Part shown: piece by piece, positions 17,029-26,934 of the stretch
Layout of the letters: every line of letters starts with the position of its first letter
How positions within the stretch are numbered: position 1 is the stretch's first letter
Assembly: GCA_051894195.1 (NCBI GenBank)
Contig: JBJFIB010000135.1
Location: 1-42,135, forward strand
Length of the DNA stretch: 42,135 nucleotides
From: Acutalibacteraceae bacterium
Lineage (GTDB): Bacteria > Bacillota > Clostridia > Oscillospirales > Acutalibacteraceae
Direction: 5' to 3'
Notes under the pieces: model-generated
Seen by the model: only the letters and a program-made list of their open reading frames with translations
Database searches by the model: none
Told to the model about the DNA's origin: nothing
Made by a program: the position numbers and the translations under genes

Positions 17029-18339
17029 GTGTATATAAATGTGCTTGGTGCAGGTCTTGCAGGTTGCGAGGCGGCATATCAGATTGCAAAGCGTGGAATA
17101 AATGTAAAACTGTATGAAATGAAGCCGTCAAAGAAAACAGCGGCTCATAAAAGTAATAATTTTTGTGAACTTATATGTTCAAATTCGCTGAAAGCGGCGA
17201 GAATTGAAAGTGCCGCCGGACTTCTCAAAGAGGAAATGCGTAGAATAGGCTCACTGCTTATGGAATGTGCCGATAAATGTGCCGTTCCGGCAGGTGGTGC
17301 ATTGGCGGTTGACAGGGACGAATTTTCGTCAATGGTAACAAATGCAATACGCAATAATCCGCTGATTGAAGTTATCGAAAGCGAGATTACGGAAATTCCG
17401 CACGATGCAATTACAGTTGTTGCGACAGGACCGCTTACAAGCGACAAACTTGCCGACAGAATTATTGAAATGTGCGGAGGTTCACTGCACTTTTTTGATG
17501 CTGCTGCACCTATCGTTACCGCTGAAAGCATTGATATGAATTGTGCATTTACCGCCTCACGCTATGACAAAGGCGGAGATGATGCATACATCAACTGCCC
17601 TATGAACAAAGAGGAATACGAAAATTTCCACAGGGAGCTTGTTTCGGCTGAGCGTGCAGAACTGCACGATGTTGATGTGCAAAATCCGAAAGTTTATGAG
17701 GGTTGTATGCCTGTTGAAATTCTTGCACAGCGTGGACTTGACACCTTGCGTTTCGGACCTATGAAACCTGTCGGACTGCGTGACCCACGAACAAACCACA
17801 GACCGTGGGCAGTTTTACAGCTCAGAACCGAAAATTCCGACAAAACAATGTACAATCTTGTAGGCTTTCAGACAAACCTCAAATTCCCAGAACAAAAGCG
17901 TGTTTTCGGAATGATACCGGCACTGAAAAATGCCGAATATGTCCGTTTCGGAGTAATGCACAGAAATACATTCCTCGATTCGCCACGGGTTCTTAATTCC
18001 GATTATTCGATGAAGTCAAATCCGAAAATATTTTTTGCCGGTCAGATGACAGGTGTTGAGGGATATATGGAGTCGGCGTCGTCGGGAATGATGGCAGGCA
18101 TAAATGCCGTAAAACGACTGAAAAATGAAGAAACGGTAACGCTGTCAGATATGAATATGATTGGTGCATTGTCAAGATATATAAGCAATCCTACTGTAAC
18201 CGATTTTCAGCCTATGGGTGCAAATATGGGAATACTTCCACCGCTTTCAGAACATATAAGAGATAAAAGAGAGAGAGCGGCGGCATATTCACACAGGGCA
18301 TTGGCTGAACTTGAAAATATAAAAACTTTGCTTAAATGA
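17029..18339 (+). CDS. trmFO: Methylenetetrahydrofolate--tRNA-(uracil54-C5)-methyltransferase TrmFO (Gid)
   Basis: GTG 17029 follows GGAGGTGGAG. The N-terminus VYINVLGAGLAGCEAAYQIAKRG is a FAD-binding GxGxxG motif, and the ~436-aa length is typical. The ORF-track start at 16918 reads through repeat elements. Confidence 0.92.
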   Translation: MYINVLGAGLAGCEAAYQIAKRGINVKLYEMKPSKKTAAHKSNNFCELICSNSLKAARIESAAGLLKEEMRRIGSLLMECADKCAVPAGGALAVDRDEFSSMVTNAIRNNPLIEVIESEITEIPHDAITVVATGPLTSDKLADRIIEMCGGSLHFFDAAAPIVTAESIDMNCAFTASRYDKGGDDAYINCPMNKEEYENFHRELVSAERAELHDVDVQNPKVYEGCMPVEILAQRGLDTLRFGPMKPVGLRDPRTNHRPWAVLQLRTENSDKTMYNLVGFQTNLKFPEQKRVFGMIPALKNAEYVRFGVMHRNTFLDSPRVLNSDYSMKSNPKIFFAGQMTGVEGYMESASSGMMAGINAVKRLKNEETVTLSDMNMIGALSRYISNPTVTDFQPMGANMGILPPLSEHIRDKRERAAAYSHRALAELENIKTLLK

Positions 18340-18353
18340 GAAAGGATTTTTTT

Positions 18354-19361
18354 ATGAAAATTTTAGTTGACGCATTCGGCGGAGATAATGCTCCACTTGA
18401 AATATTAAAGGGTTGTTCACAGGCAAAGGAACTTTACACGGATACCGATATTGCCCTTGTCGGTAATGAGGAAATAATCAGAAAAACCGCAAAAGACAAC
18501 AGTATCAATATAGACAATATGCAGATTTATGACGCACCCGATGTCATAACAATGGAAGATGACGCAGGCGAAATAATGAAGTCAAAGAATAATTCGTCAA
18601 TGGCAGTAGGACTTAAACTTCTTGCAAACGGTGAGGGTGACGCATTCCTTTCAGCCGGAAACAGCGGTGCTTTGATTATGGGTGCAACACTCATAGTAAA
18701 ACGCATTAAGGGAGTAAAGCGACCGGCTTTTTCTCCTGTTATGCCTACATCAAAAGGTCCTGTACTTCTCATTGACAGCGGTGCAAATATTGAGGTTCGC
18801 CCCGAAATGTTACAGCAGTTCGGAATAATGGGTTCAATATATATGGAAAATGTCCTTAAAATTAAAAATCCCCGTGTTGCACTTGCAAATGTCGGCACAG
18901 AGGAACACAAGGGCGGCGAATTACAGCATCAGGCATTTAAACTCCTCAAAGACACAAAGCTGAATTTTATCGGCAATATCGAGTCAAGGGATATTCCTGC
19001 GGGAGCAGCTGATGTTGTTGTTGCTGACGGCTTTACGGGTAATATTATCGTCAAGATGTACGAGGGTGTTGCCGCCGAGCTGTTCAAGAAAATCAAGGGC
19101 GTATTTTTCAAGAACCTTAAAACAAAAATTGCCGCACTCATCATCAAAAAGGACCTTAACGAACTCAAACAGTATTTTGACTATAACCAGTACGGAGCTG
19201 CTCCCGTTATGGGCGTTTCAAAGCCTGTTCTCAAAACTCACGGCAGTGCAAAGGCAACAGCAATAGTTACCGCAATAAAGTCCGTAATTGATTTTACAAA
19301 CACTGATGTTATCGGAAAAATCGAAGAAAATATCGTTTCGCTGAAATCAAAGAATGAATAA
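18354..19361 (+). CDS. plsX: Phosphate acyltransferase PlsX
   Basis: MKILVDAFGGDNAP..., VVADGFTGNI and KTHGSA. Confidence 0.93.
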   Translation: MKILVDAFGGDNAPLEILKGCSQAKELYTDTDIALVGNEEIIRKTAKDNSINIDNMQIYDAPDVITMEDDAGEIMKSKNNSSMAVGLKLLANGEGDAFLSAGNSGALIMGATLIVKRIKGVKRPAFSPVMPTSKGPVLLIDSGANIEVRPEMLQQFGIMGSIYMENVLKIKNPRVALANVGTEEHKGGELQHQAFKLLKDTKLNFIGNIESRDIPAGAADVVVADGFTGNIIVKMYEGVAAELFKKIKGVFFKNLKTKIAALIIKKDLNELKQYFDYNQYGAAPVMGVSKPVLKTHGSAKATAIVTAIKSVIDFTNTDVIGKIEENIVSLKSKNE

Positions 19362-20052
19362 AAGGAATGAAATTCAGATGAAAAGTCTTGAAAAAAAAAT
19401 AGGCTATACCTACAAAAACATATCATATCTTGAAACGGCACTTACACATTCGTCTTATGCAAACGAAGTCAGACACGGCACAAAAAGCAACGAACGCCTT
19501 GAATTTCTCGGTGACGCCGTACTCAGCATAGTTGTTTCGGACTATATTTTCAATCACTGTCCGAATCTACCTGAGGGAGAGCTTTCAAAACTGCGTGCGT
19601 CACTTGTCTGCGAAAAAAGCCTTTGCCGCTTTTCAAAGGCACTTGGCGTAGGCGACTACCTTAAACTCAGCAAGGGCGAAAGAAACCTTAAAGGACAGGA
19701 AAGACCGTCAATTCTTGCCGACGCATTTGAGGCGATTATTGCGTCAATTTATCTTGACGGCGGCATTGAGGAGGCAAGGAGATTTATCTTATCGTTCGTA
19801 GAGCCTGAAATAAAAAATCCGAAACCGAGGGCATTTAAGGACTATAAGACAAATCTTCAGGAGATTATTCAGAAAAATCCTGAGGAACATCTTGAATATG
19901 TATTAACAGGGGAAGAAGGTCCCGACCACGATAAACATTTCTTTGTTGAGGTTCATCTTAACAGTAATGTAATCGGCAGGGGCGGCGGAAGAAGTAAGAA
20001 AGAGGCAGAACAGCAGGCGGCAAGAGAAGCTTTGGAGTTGATGGGATATTGA
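19354..20052 (+). CDS. rnc: Ribonuclease III
   Basis: NERLEFLGDAVL is the RNase III signature, and there is a C-terminal dsRBD (GRGGGRSKKEAEQQAAREAL). An alternative start exists at ATG 19378. Confidence 0.93.
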   Translation: MNKRNEIQMKSLEKKIGYTYKNISYLETALTHSSYANEVRHGTKSNERLEFLGDAVLSIVVSDYIFNHCPNLPEGELSKLRASLVCEKSLCRFSKALGVGDYLKLSKGERNLKGQERPSILADAFEAIIASIYLDGGIEEARRFILSFVEPEIKNPKPRAFKDYKTNLQEIIQKNPEEHLEYVLTGEEGPDHDKHFFVEVHLNSNVIGRGGGRSKKEAEQQAAREALELMGY

Positions 20053-21062
20053 AACATTCAAATGTAGCACTTTTTGTACCTCATAACGGCTGTCCTCATC
20101 AGTGCAGTTTCTGCAATCAGCGAACAATCACAGGAAAAAACGAACAGCCGACAGCACAAGATGTAAAAAATGCAATAGAAACAGCCGAGAACAGTCTTGG
20201 TGAAAATACAAAAAATGCCGAAATAGCTTTTTTTGGCGGCAGCTTTACGGCAATAGACAGAAATTATATGATTGAACTTCTTGAAGCGGCTGCACCGTCA
20301 GTGCATAGCGGAAGATTTTACGGCATAAGAATTTCAACCCGACCTGACGCAATCGACAGCGAAATCCTCGATATTCTTCAAAAATACGGCGTTACCGCTG
20401 TTGAACTCGGGGCTCAGAGTATGAGTGACGAGGTGCTTTATGCAAACCACAGAGGACATACTTCGGCTGATATTGTAAATGCGTCAACGATGATAAAAGA
20501 GCGTGGTATGTCGCTCGGCTTGCAGATGATGACGGGACTTTATAAAAGTGATGACGAAAAAGACACGGAAACAGCGGAAAAAATTGCCGCCTTAAAGCCT
20601 GATACAGTACGCATTTATCCTACAATAGTCCTTAAAGGAACGGAACTTTACGACCTCTATGTCAGCGGAAAATATCAGCCGCAAACGCTTGACGAGGGTG
20701 TAAGATTGTGTTCAAAGCTGCTTAAATACTTTGAGGACAGAAACATAAATGTTATCCGTCTTGGACTTCACGACAGCGACAGTCTGCGTGAAAATATGGC
20801 GGCAGGTGCATATCACCCTGCGTTCCGTGAACTCTGCGAAAGCGAGATTATGTACAACAACGCTCTTGAAGAACTCGAAAAAATGAACATAAAATTCGGC
20901 GTTGTCGAATTTTTCATAAATCCGAAATCGGTTTCACGCTTTATCGGTCAGAAACGAAAAAATCTTGACCGCCTTTCAAAGCTGGGTATAACGGCGGTTG
21001 TGCGTCAGGACTCACGGCTCTCAAAATATCAGACCGTATGCCGATATGTACCGCAAATTTGA
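20049..21062 (+). CDS. Radical SAM protein (ELP3/coproporphyrinogen-oxidase-like superfamily), function unknown
   Basis: N-terminal CPHQCSFC is a CxxxCxxC motif, followed by GGSFT. The TTG start overlaps the rnc stop. Confidence 0.8.
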   Translation: MKHSNVALFVPHNGCPHQCSFCNQRTITGKNEQPTAQDVKNAIETAENSLGENTKNAEIAFFGGSFTAIDRNYMIELLEAAAPSVHSGRFYGIRISTRPDAIDSEILDILQKYGVTAVELGAQSMSDEVLYANHRGHTSADIVNASTMIKERGMSLGLQMMTGLYKSDDEKDTETAEKIAALKPDTVRIYPTIVLKGTELYDLYVSGKYQPQTLDEGVRLCSKLLKYFEDRNINVIRLGLHDSDSLRENMAAGAYHPAFRELCESEIMYNNALEELEKMNIKFGVVEFFINPKSVSRFIGQKRKNLDRLSKLGITAVVRQDSRLSKYQTVCRYVPQI

Positions 21063-21108
21063 GAGTGGAGTGTGGAGAGTGGAGTGTGGAGTTGTGCAAA
21101 AGGTCAGC
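21061..21108 (+). repeat. Heptad-repeat intergenic element, GGA class
   Basis: GAGTGGA GTGTGGA GAGTGGA GTGTGGA GTTGTGC AAAAGGTCAGC. It starts immediately after the TGA at 21060-21062. Its 33-nt core is identical to 14576..14608. Confidence 0.9.
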
Positions 21109-21137
21109 TTATTCGCTAAAATCAGGACGGTGAGAAA

Positions 21138-24100
21138 GTGAGATTAAAATCTCTTGAAGTACAGGGTTTCAAAACATTTCCCGATAAAACAAAACTTGAC
21201 TTTACAAACGGCATTACTGCGGTTGTAGGGCCTAACGGCAGCGGAAAAAGTAACATAAGCGACGCTATACGCTGGGTGCTTGGTGAACAGTCGGCAAAGG
21301 CACTACGCTGTTCAAAAATGGAAGATGTAATCTTTAACGGTACACAGCAGAGAAAGCGTACAGGCTATGCACAGGTTACTCTGTCAATCGACAACAGCGA
21401 CAGAACCTTGCAGTTTGACGGTGACGAGGTTGCCGTTACAAGACGCTTTTACCGTTCAGGCAACAGCGAATATCTCATAAATAATGCCGCCGTAAGATTA
21501 CAGGATATACACGAACTTTTTATGGACACGGGTCTTGGCCGTGACGGATATTCTATGATAGGTCAGGGCAAAATCGACTCAATCGTTTCATCAAAGGGCG
21601 AGGACAGGCGTGAAATTTTTGAGGAGGCGGCGGGAATTTCCCGTTTCAGATACAAAAAAGCTGAGGCTGAACGCCGTCTTGACAAAACCGAAGATAACCT
21701 TGTCCGTCTGCGTGACATTATGTCGGAACTTGAAGGCAGGGTTGAACCCTTGCGTATTCAGTCCGAAAAGGCTAAAACCTATCTTGCCTGTGCAGAAGAA
21801 AAGCGTGGACTTGAAATTGCATTATGGCTTAAAACTCTCGAAAAATCCGCACTTGTAATTCGTGAACAGGAGGATAAAATTTCGGTTGCAAGAAGTCAGT
21901 ATAACGACGCCGAAAATGCACTTGAAAAAATACAGACCGAAAGCGAAAAAATCTTTTTGGAACAAAGCACATTTTCTTCCCGTGTTGACGAGATAAGGCG
22001 TGAAATTTCAGCGTATGAAGAACAGGCATCAGAAAAGAAGTCACAGGTTTCAGTTCTGAAAAATGATATTCTGCACAACCGTCAGACAATAGACCGCATT
22101 ACAGCCGATATTGCCACAATGCAGGATTCGGGAAAGCAGATAAAACTTGAAATAGAAGAAAAACAAAAGCTGATTTTGCAGCATTCGGAAAAACTATCGG
22201 AAAAACAGTCCGAACTTGAAAAATGCACCTCCGAACTCGGTTCTCTTAAATCGGGCGAAAGTGAGTCGGGTGAAAAACTCGACAAAATCAACACTCTTAT
22301 TGCCGAACTTACCGCAAAATCATCTGATTCCAAAATTAAATATATGACATCATCATCGTCAATAAATGAAATTACGGGAAGAATGGATGTTGTCGAAAAT
22401 ACCATAAAAGCCCGTAATTCACAGATTAAAACACTCAAAAATATAATTGACGATTATGACAAAATGCTTAACGACTGTCTTGACAGGATTACATATCTCA
22501 AAAATCGTGCAGACGGTCAGGAGCTTATCCTCAGAAATAAAAACAACAGCTGTAATGAACTGAAAAAACAGGCAGATAAGCTCTCCCTCGACAGTGAACA
22601 GCTTTTCCGCAAGGCAAAAATGCTTGAAGAACTTGAACGCAATCTTGAAGGCTTTACTAACAGCGTAAAAACCGTTATGCGTGAGGCAAAAAGAGGAACG
22701 CTCACGGGTATTCACGGACCTGTTTCAAGGGTAATAAAGGTGCCGTCAGAATACAGTATCGCTATTGAAACCGCACTCGGTGCCGCTATGCAGAATATCG
22801 TCACGACTGACGACAATGACGCAAAGCGTGCTATTGCATTTCTCAAAAAACACGACGGCGGTCGTGCAACATTTCTTCCTATGTCAACCATAAAAGGTCG
22901 TGAACTCAGCGAAAACGGACTTGAACAGTGCGACGGTTTTATCGGTATTGCGTCACAGCTTTGTTCGTGCGACGACTGCTACAAGGGAATACTGAGTTCA
23001 CTTCTGGGAAGAATTGTAATTGCAGAAAATCTTGACTGTGCAACGGTAATTGCGAGAAAATACAGCTATCGTTTCCGCATTGTTACTCTTGACGGTCAGG
23101 TTGTAAATGCCGGCGGTTCGCTTACAGGCGGTTCTCTTGCGAAAAATACGGGACTTCTCGGTCGTGCGGCAGAAATTGAAAAAATTCGCACTGAGGCTCA
23201 GAAAATTTCCGGACAGGCAGATATTGCCCGTCAGAACTTTGAAAAGGCAGAAAAACAGGCACAGCAGGCTCAGAACGAACTTTCAAAGCTGCGTGATGAA
23301 CTGACAGCAGTAGGCGAGGATAAAATAAAAATTGAGGCTGAAATAAAAAGCCGTAATTCAGAAATTCAGTCAACCGAAAAATCACTTCTTGAAGTGCAGA
23401 ATGAACGCAAAAATTCTGTTGAAAGACTTTCTCAGCTTACGAAAATTATGGAAACATCAAAGGCGGAGTTTGACGAATATAACAGACAGATTGCCGAAAA
23501 GGAACAGAGTGCATTACTCTTGTCGGGAAACAAAGCCGAATATGTCCGCAAGCGTGAAAGCATTACCGACAGAATGCAGGAAATCCGTCTTGAAATTCTT
23601 ACAATCGAAAAGGATATTTCATCGGCAAAAAACGATATTGAAAACGCAAATATGCGTTTCGGTTCATCAGATGAAAAGATAAAGCAGTACAAAGCCGAAA
23701 GTGCTGAAATTCTCGAAAAGAATAATTCAATAAGAACGGAAATTGAAGAACTCACAAAGCAGTCAGAAGAACTGACAGAAAAGGCAAAGCAGTCGGAAAA
23801 ATCAATCGAACAGCTTAACGCCGACAGAATGAACCTCGAAAAGCGTTCAACCGAACTAAGACAGATGGAGCGTGAGAAAACCTCAGAGCGTGAAAATGTC
23901 AGCGGCGAGCTTGCACGACTTGAAGAAAGACGGGATAATTTACAGAAAGAATATGACGAAATTATCCGCAAACTGTGGGACGAATACGAGCTGACAAAGC
24001 GTGAGGCGGAAAAAACTGCAATAAAAATTGAGGATACGGGCAAGGCACAAAGAAGACTTGCCGAACTCAAACAGAAAATACGCTCACTCGGTTCTGTCAA

Positions 24101-24710
24101 TGTTTCTGCGATTGAAGAATATAAGGAAGTCAGCGAGCGTTACGAATTTCTGAAAATTCAGATAGGTGATGTCGAAAAATCAAAATCCGAACTCACTAAA
24201 CTTATAGGTGAACTGACAAAGCAAATGCGTGAAATTTTCATAGACAGGTTTAATCTTATCAATAAGAACTTTTCCGAAACATTTGTTGAACTTTTTGGCG
24301 GAGGAAAAGCGTCACTGTCGCTTTCTGACCCTGAAAATGTACTTACAACGGGCATTGACATTTCCGTTGAACCGCCGGGAAAAATTGTATCTCATATTGA
24401 ACTTCTTTCCGGTGGCGAAAAAGCTCTTGTTGCAATCGCTCTGTATTTTGCTATAATGAAAGTAAGTCCTGCACCGTTCTGCGTAATGGACGAAATCGAG
24501 GCGGCACTTGATGATGTAAATGTTTACCGTTTTGCGTCATACTTACGCCGTATGAATGACAATACTCAGTTTATATGCATTACTCACAGACGAGGTACAA
24601 TGGAAGAGGCTGATGTCCTTTATGGCGTTACAATGCAGGACAGAGGTATTTCAAAACTGCTTGAACTCCGTGCAAGCGAAGTTGAGCAGAAACTCGGAAT
24701 AAAAGCGTAA
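21138..24710 (+). CDS. smc: Chromosome partition protein Smc
   Basis: Walker A GPNGSGKSN, long coiled coils, a hinge region, and C-terminal LSGGEKAL plus a Walker B motif. 1190 aa. Confidence 0.97.
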   Translation: MRLKSLEVQGFKTFPDKTKLDFTNGITAVVGPNGSGKSNISDAIRWVLGEQSAKALRCSKMEDVIFNGTQQRKRTGYAQVTLSIDNSDRTLQFDGDEVAVTRRFYRSGNSEYLINNAAVRLQDIHELFMDTGLGRDGYSMIGQGKIDSIVSSKGEDRREIFEEAAGISRFRYKKAEAERRLDKTEDNLVRLRDIMSELEGRVEPLRIQSEKAKTYLACAEEKRGLEIALWLKTLEKSALVIREQEDKISVARSQYNDAENALEKIQTESEKIFLEQSTFSSRVDEIRREISAYEEQASEKKSQVSVLKNDILHNRQTIDRITADIATMQDSGKQIKLEIEEKQKLILQHSEKLSEKQSELEKCTSELGSLKSGESESGEKLDKINTLIAELTAKSSDSKIKYMTSSSSINEITGRMDVVENTIKARNSQIKTLKNIIDDYDKMLNDCLDRITYLKNRADGQELILRNKNNSCNELKKQADKLSLDSEQLFRKAKMLEELERNLEGFTNSVKTVMREAKRGTLTGIHGPVSRVIKVPSEYSIAIETALGAAMQNIVTTDDNDAKRAIAFLKKHDGGRATFLPMSTIKGRELSENGLEQCDGFIGIASQLCSCDDCYKGILSSLLGRIVIAENLDCATVIARKYSYRFRIVTLDGQVVNAGGSLTGGSLAKNTGLLGRAAEIEKIRTEAQKISGQADIARQNFEKAEKQAQQAQNELSKLRDELTAVGEDKIKIEAEIKSRNSEIQSTEKSLLEVQNERKNSVERLSQLTKIMETSKAEFDEYNRQIAEKEQSALLLSGNKAEYVRKRESITDRMQEIRLEILTIEKDISSAKNDIENANMRFGSSDEKIKQYKAESAEILEKNNSIRTEIEELTKQSEELTEKAKQSEKSIEQLNADRMNLEKRSTELRQMEREKTSERENVSGELARLEERRDNLQKEYDEIIRKLWDEYELTKREAEKTAIKIEDTGKAQRRLAELKQKIRSLGSVNVSAIEEYKEVSERYEFLKIQIGDVEKSKSELTKLIGELTKQMREIFIDRFNLINKNFSETFVELFGGGKASLSLSDPENVLTTGIDISVEPPGKIVSHIELLSGGEKALVAIALYFAIMKVSPAPFCVMDEIEAALDDVNVYRFASYLRRMNDNTQFICITHRRGTMEEADVLYGVTMQDRGISKLLELRASEVEQKLGIKA

Positions 24711-24738
24711 TTTCTTATTTATGAGCGGAGGGAATTAA

Positions 24739-25656
24739 ATGGGATTTTTTGCGAAAATTAAAGAGGGTCTGAAAAAGACCAGAGATTCTATTGTCGGAAA
24801 AATCGACAGTGTGCTGAAATCTTTTACCAAGATTGATGAAAATCTTTTTGAAGAACTTGAAGAAATTCTGATAATGGGCGATGTCGGAATGACAACGGCT
24901 GAAAAAATCTGTACGGAACTTCGTGCAAGAGTCAAAAAAGAGGGAATAACAGACCCTGAGAAAATTCACGACCTGCTTGCCGATATAATCAGCGAAATGC
25001 TTTCAGGCGGACAGGAACTTGACATAAGCACAAAGCCGTCAGTTATTCTTGTAATCGGCGTAAACGGTGTAGGCAAAACCACAACAATCGGCAAAATGGC
25101 TGCAAATTTTGTCCGTCAGGGCAAAAAGGTTACGCTTGCCGCCGCAGATACATTCCGTGCCGCCGCTATCGAACAGTTACAGATATGGGCTGACCGTTCG
25201 GGTGCCGATATAGTAAAACAGGGCGAGGGTGCCGACGCCGCCGCAGTTGTTTTTGATTCAATATCGTCGGCAAAGGCAAAGGGCAGCGATATAATTATTG
25301 TTGATACGGCAGGCAGACTGCACAACAAGAGAAATCTTATGGGCGAGCTTGAAAAAATCAACAGAATTATCGACCGTGAACTTCCCGGTGCTGCAAAAGA
25401 GGTACTTCTCGTACTTGACGCAACAACAGGACAGAATGCGGTGAATCAGACAAAAGAATTCAAAACTGCGGCAGGAATTACGGGTATCGTTCTTACAAAG
25501 CTTGACGGAACAGCTAAGGGCGGCGTTGTCCTTGCGATAAAGGAAGAACTTGATGTGCCTGTAAAATATATAGGCGTAGGTGAACAGATTGACGACTTAC
25601 AGCCGTTCAATCCCGATGAATTTGCAAAGGCACTTTTTGCGGTAGATAATAAATAA
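24739..25656 (+). CDS. ftsY: Signal recognition particle receptor FtsY
   Basis: GVNGVGKTTTIGK, DTAGRL and TKLDGTAKGG are SRP GTPase motifs. Confidence 0.96.
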   Translation: MGFFAKIKEGLKKTRDSIVGKIDSVLKSFTKIDENLFEELEEILIMGDVGMTTAEKICTELRARVKKEGITDPEKIHDLLADIISEMLSGGQELDISTKPSVILVIGVNGVGKTTTIGKMAANFVRQGKKVTLAAADTFRAAAIEQLQIWADRSGADIVKQGEGADAAAVVFDSISSAKAKGSDIIIVDTAGRLHNKRNLMGELEKINRIIDRELPGAAKEVLLVLDATTGQNAVNQTKEFKTAAGITGIVLTKLDGTAKGGVVLAIKEELDVPVKYIGVGEQIDDLQPFNPDEFAKALFAVDNK

Positions 25657-25775
25657 AAAATAAAGGGGAAAATTATTGACGGATTTTATCCGTTTGATTA
25701 TGAGGAGTTGGCGGAGTTATTTTTGCACTTGAAAATAAAGAATAATGTTCAGACCTTAAAGGGAGGATGAAGTTT

Positions 25776-26372
25776 ATGAGATTTATTATAGCTTCAAATA
25801 ATGAAAAGAAAGTAGAAGAACTTGACAGAATATTACTTCCGCTCGGAATAGAGGTTAAAACCGCCAGACAACTCGGAATATCACTTGATGATGTCGAGGA
25901 AACAGGCACAACATTTGAAGAAAATGCTGAGCTTAAAGCAAAAGCCGCCTGTGAAAAAACAGGTATGCCTGCCATAGCCGACGATTCGGGACTTATGGTT
26001 GACGCACTCGACGGCAGACCGGGAGTTTTTTCGGCAAGATATGCGGGAGAAAACTCAACAGACGAAGAAAAAATCGGCAAACTGCTTGAAGAAATGTGCA
26101 ACGCCGAAAACAAAAGCCGTGACGCTCATTTTGTATGCGTTATATGCTGTTATTTTCCTGACGGCGAAAAGATTTTTGCCCGTGGCACCTGTGACGGCAA
26201 AATAGGCTATGCACCGAGAGGAACCGGCGGCTTTGGATATGACCCGATTTTCTTTACAACAGGAAACAAAACCTTTGCCGAACTCTCAAAAACTCAGAAA
26301 GACGCAATCAGTCACAGGGGCAAGGCTCTTAAAGAATTGGCGGAGCTTTTAAGAGTAAAACTTAATAAATAA
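25776..26372 (+). CDS. rdgB: XTP/dITP diphosphatase (RdgB/Ham1 family)
   Basis: MRFIIASNNEKKVEE..., DDSGL, GFGYDPIF and ISHRGKA. ATG 25776 lies 9 nt after GGGAGG, whereas ATG 25767 abuts the SD and is unlikely. Confidence 0.9.
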   Translation: MRFIIASNNEKKVEELDRILLPLGIEVKTARQLGISLDDVEETGTTFEENAELKAKAACEKTGMPAIADDSGLMVDALDGRPGVFSARYAGENSTDEEKIGKLLEEMCNAENKSRDAHFVCVICCYFPDGEKIFARGTCDGKIGYAPRGTGGFGYDPIFFTTGNKTFAELSKTQKDAISHRGKALKELAELLRVKLNK

Positions 26373-26412
26373 AACACCGTAAATTTATCGGGAGAGGATT
26401 AAGTGTAAATGT

Positions 26413-26934
26413 ATGAATGATACGAATAATAACAAGCGTCTGTTCATTTATGATGTAGATAAAAAGTATGAGGACATATTTTTAAAATTAAGTGATGATT
26501 TTCTGTTTCCGGCTTCACCGTCGGTAAAGGGTTGTATAGGCTGTTTTGGCTGCTGGATAAAAACACCCGGACAATGTGTGTTGAAAGACAGATGTAATAT
26601 TATTCAGAACTATATTTTAAAAAGCAGTGAGGTTGTTATTGTCAGTCCTGTATTATACGGCGGATATTCACCGGATATTAAATCCGTGCTTGACCGTTCT
26701 ATCGGATACATATTGCCGTATTTTCGGATTGTTGACGGCGAAATGCACCATCAGCTGAGGTATAAACATTCCTTTAAACTCAGCGTGTATTTTTACGGAA
26801 AATGCGGTGATGATGAAAAAAATATTGCTAAGCGTCTTGTAAAAGCAAATGCAATCAATCTTGGTGCAGAAAGTTATGAAGTTAAATTTTTTGATTCTGT
26901 GGATTCATTAGGAAAGGTAATCGGTGAAAAATGA
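26413..26934 (+). CDS. Flavodoxin-fold protein with a Cys cluster (Isf / FMN-reductase-like), lacking the N-terminal phosphate-binding loop
   Basis: CIGCFGCWIKTPGQCVLKD followed by VVIVSPVLYGGYSPDIKSVLDRS resembles iron-sulfur flavoproteins. No GSPR-type loop is present. Confidence 0.65.
   Translation: MNDTNNNKRLFIYDVDKKYEDIFLKLSDDFLFPASPSVKGCIGCFGCWIKTPGQCVLKDRCNIIQNYILKSSEVVIVSPVLYGGYSPDIKSVLDRSIGYILPYFRIVDGEMHHQLRYKHSFKLSVYFYGKCGDDEKNIAKRLVKANAINLGAESYEVKFFDSVDSLGKVIGEK

Noticed and set aside
23432-24100. 222-aa Ser-rich minus-strand ORF, plus several other antisense ORFs within 21.6-24.4 kb
   Set aside because: These are mirror images of the Glu/Lys/Leu-rich coiled-coil codons of smc. 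The low-complexity Ser/Phe sequence is an expected artefact.
25675-25700. ACGGAT-TTT-ATCCGT hairpin after ftsY as a terminator, and TTGACG...TATGAG as a promoter
   Set aside because: The stem is only 6 bp with a 3-nt loop and a poor T-tract, and the -10 is weak. The evidence is too thin to annotate.
25673-26113. 146-aa Ser-rich minus-strand ORF
   Set aside because: It is antisense to rdgB, which has clear Ham1 motifs.
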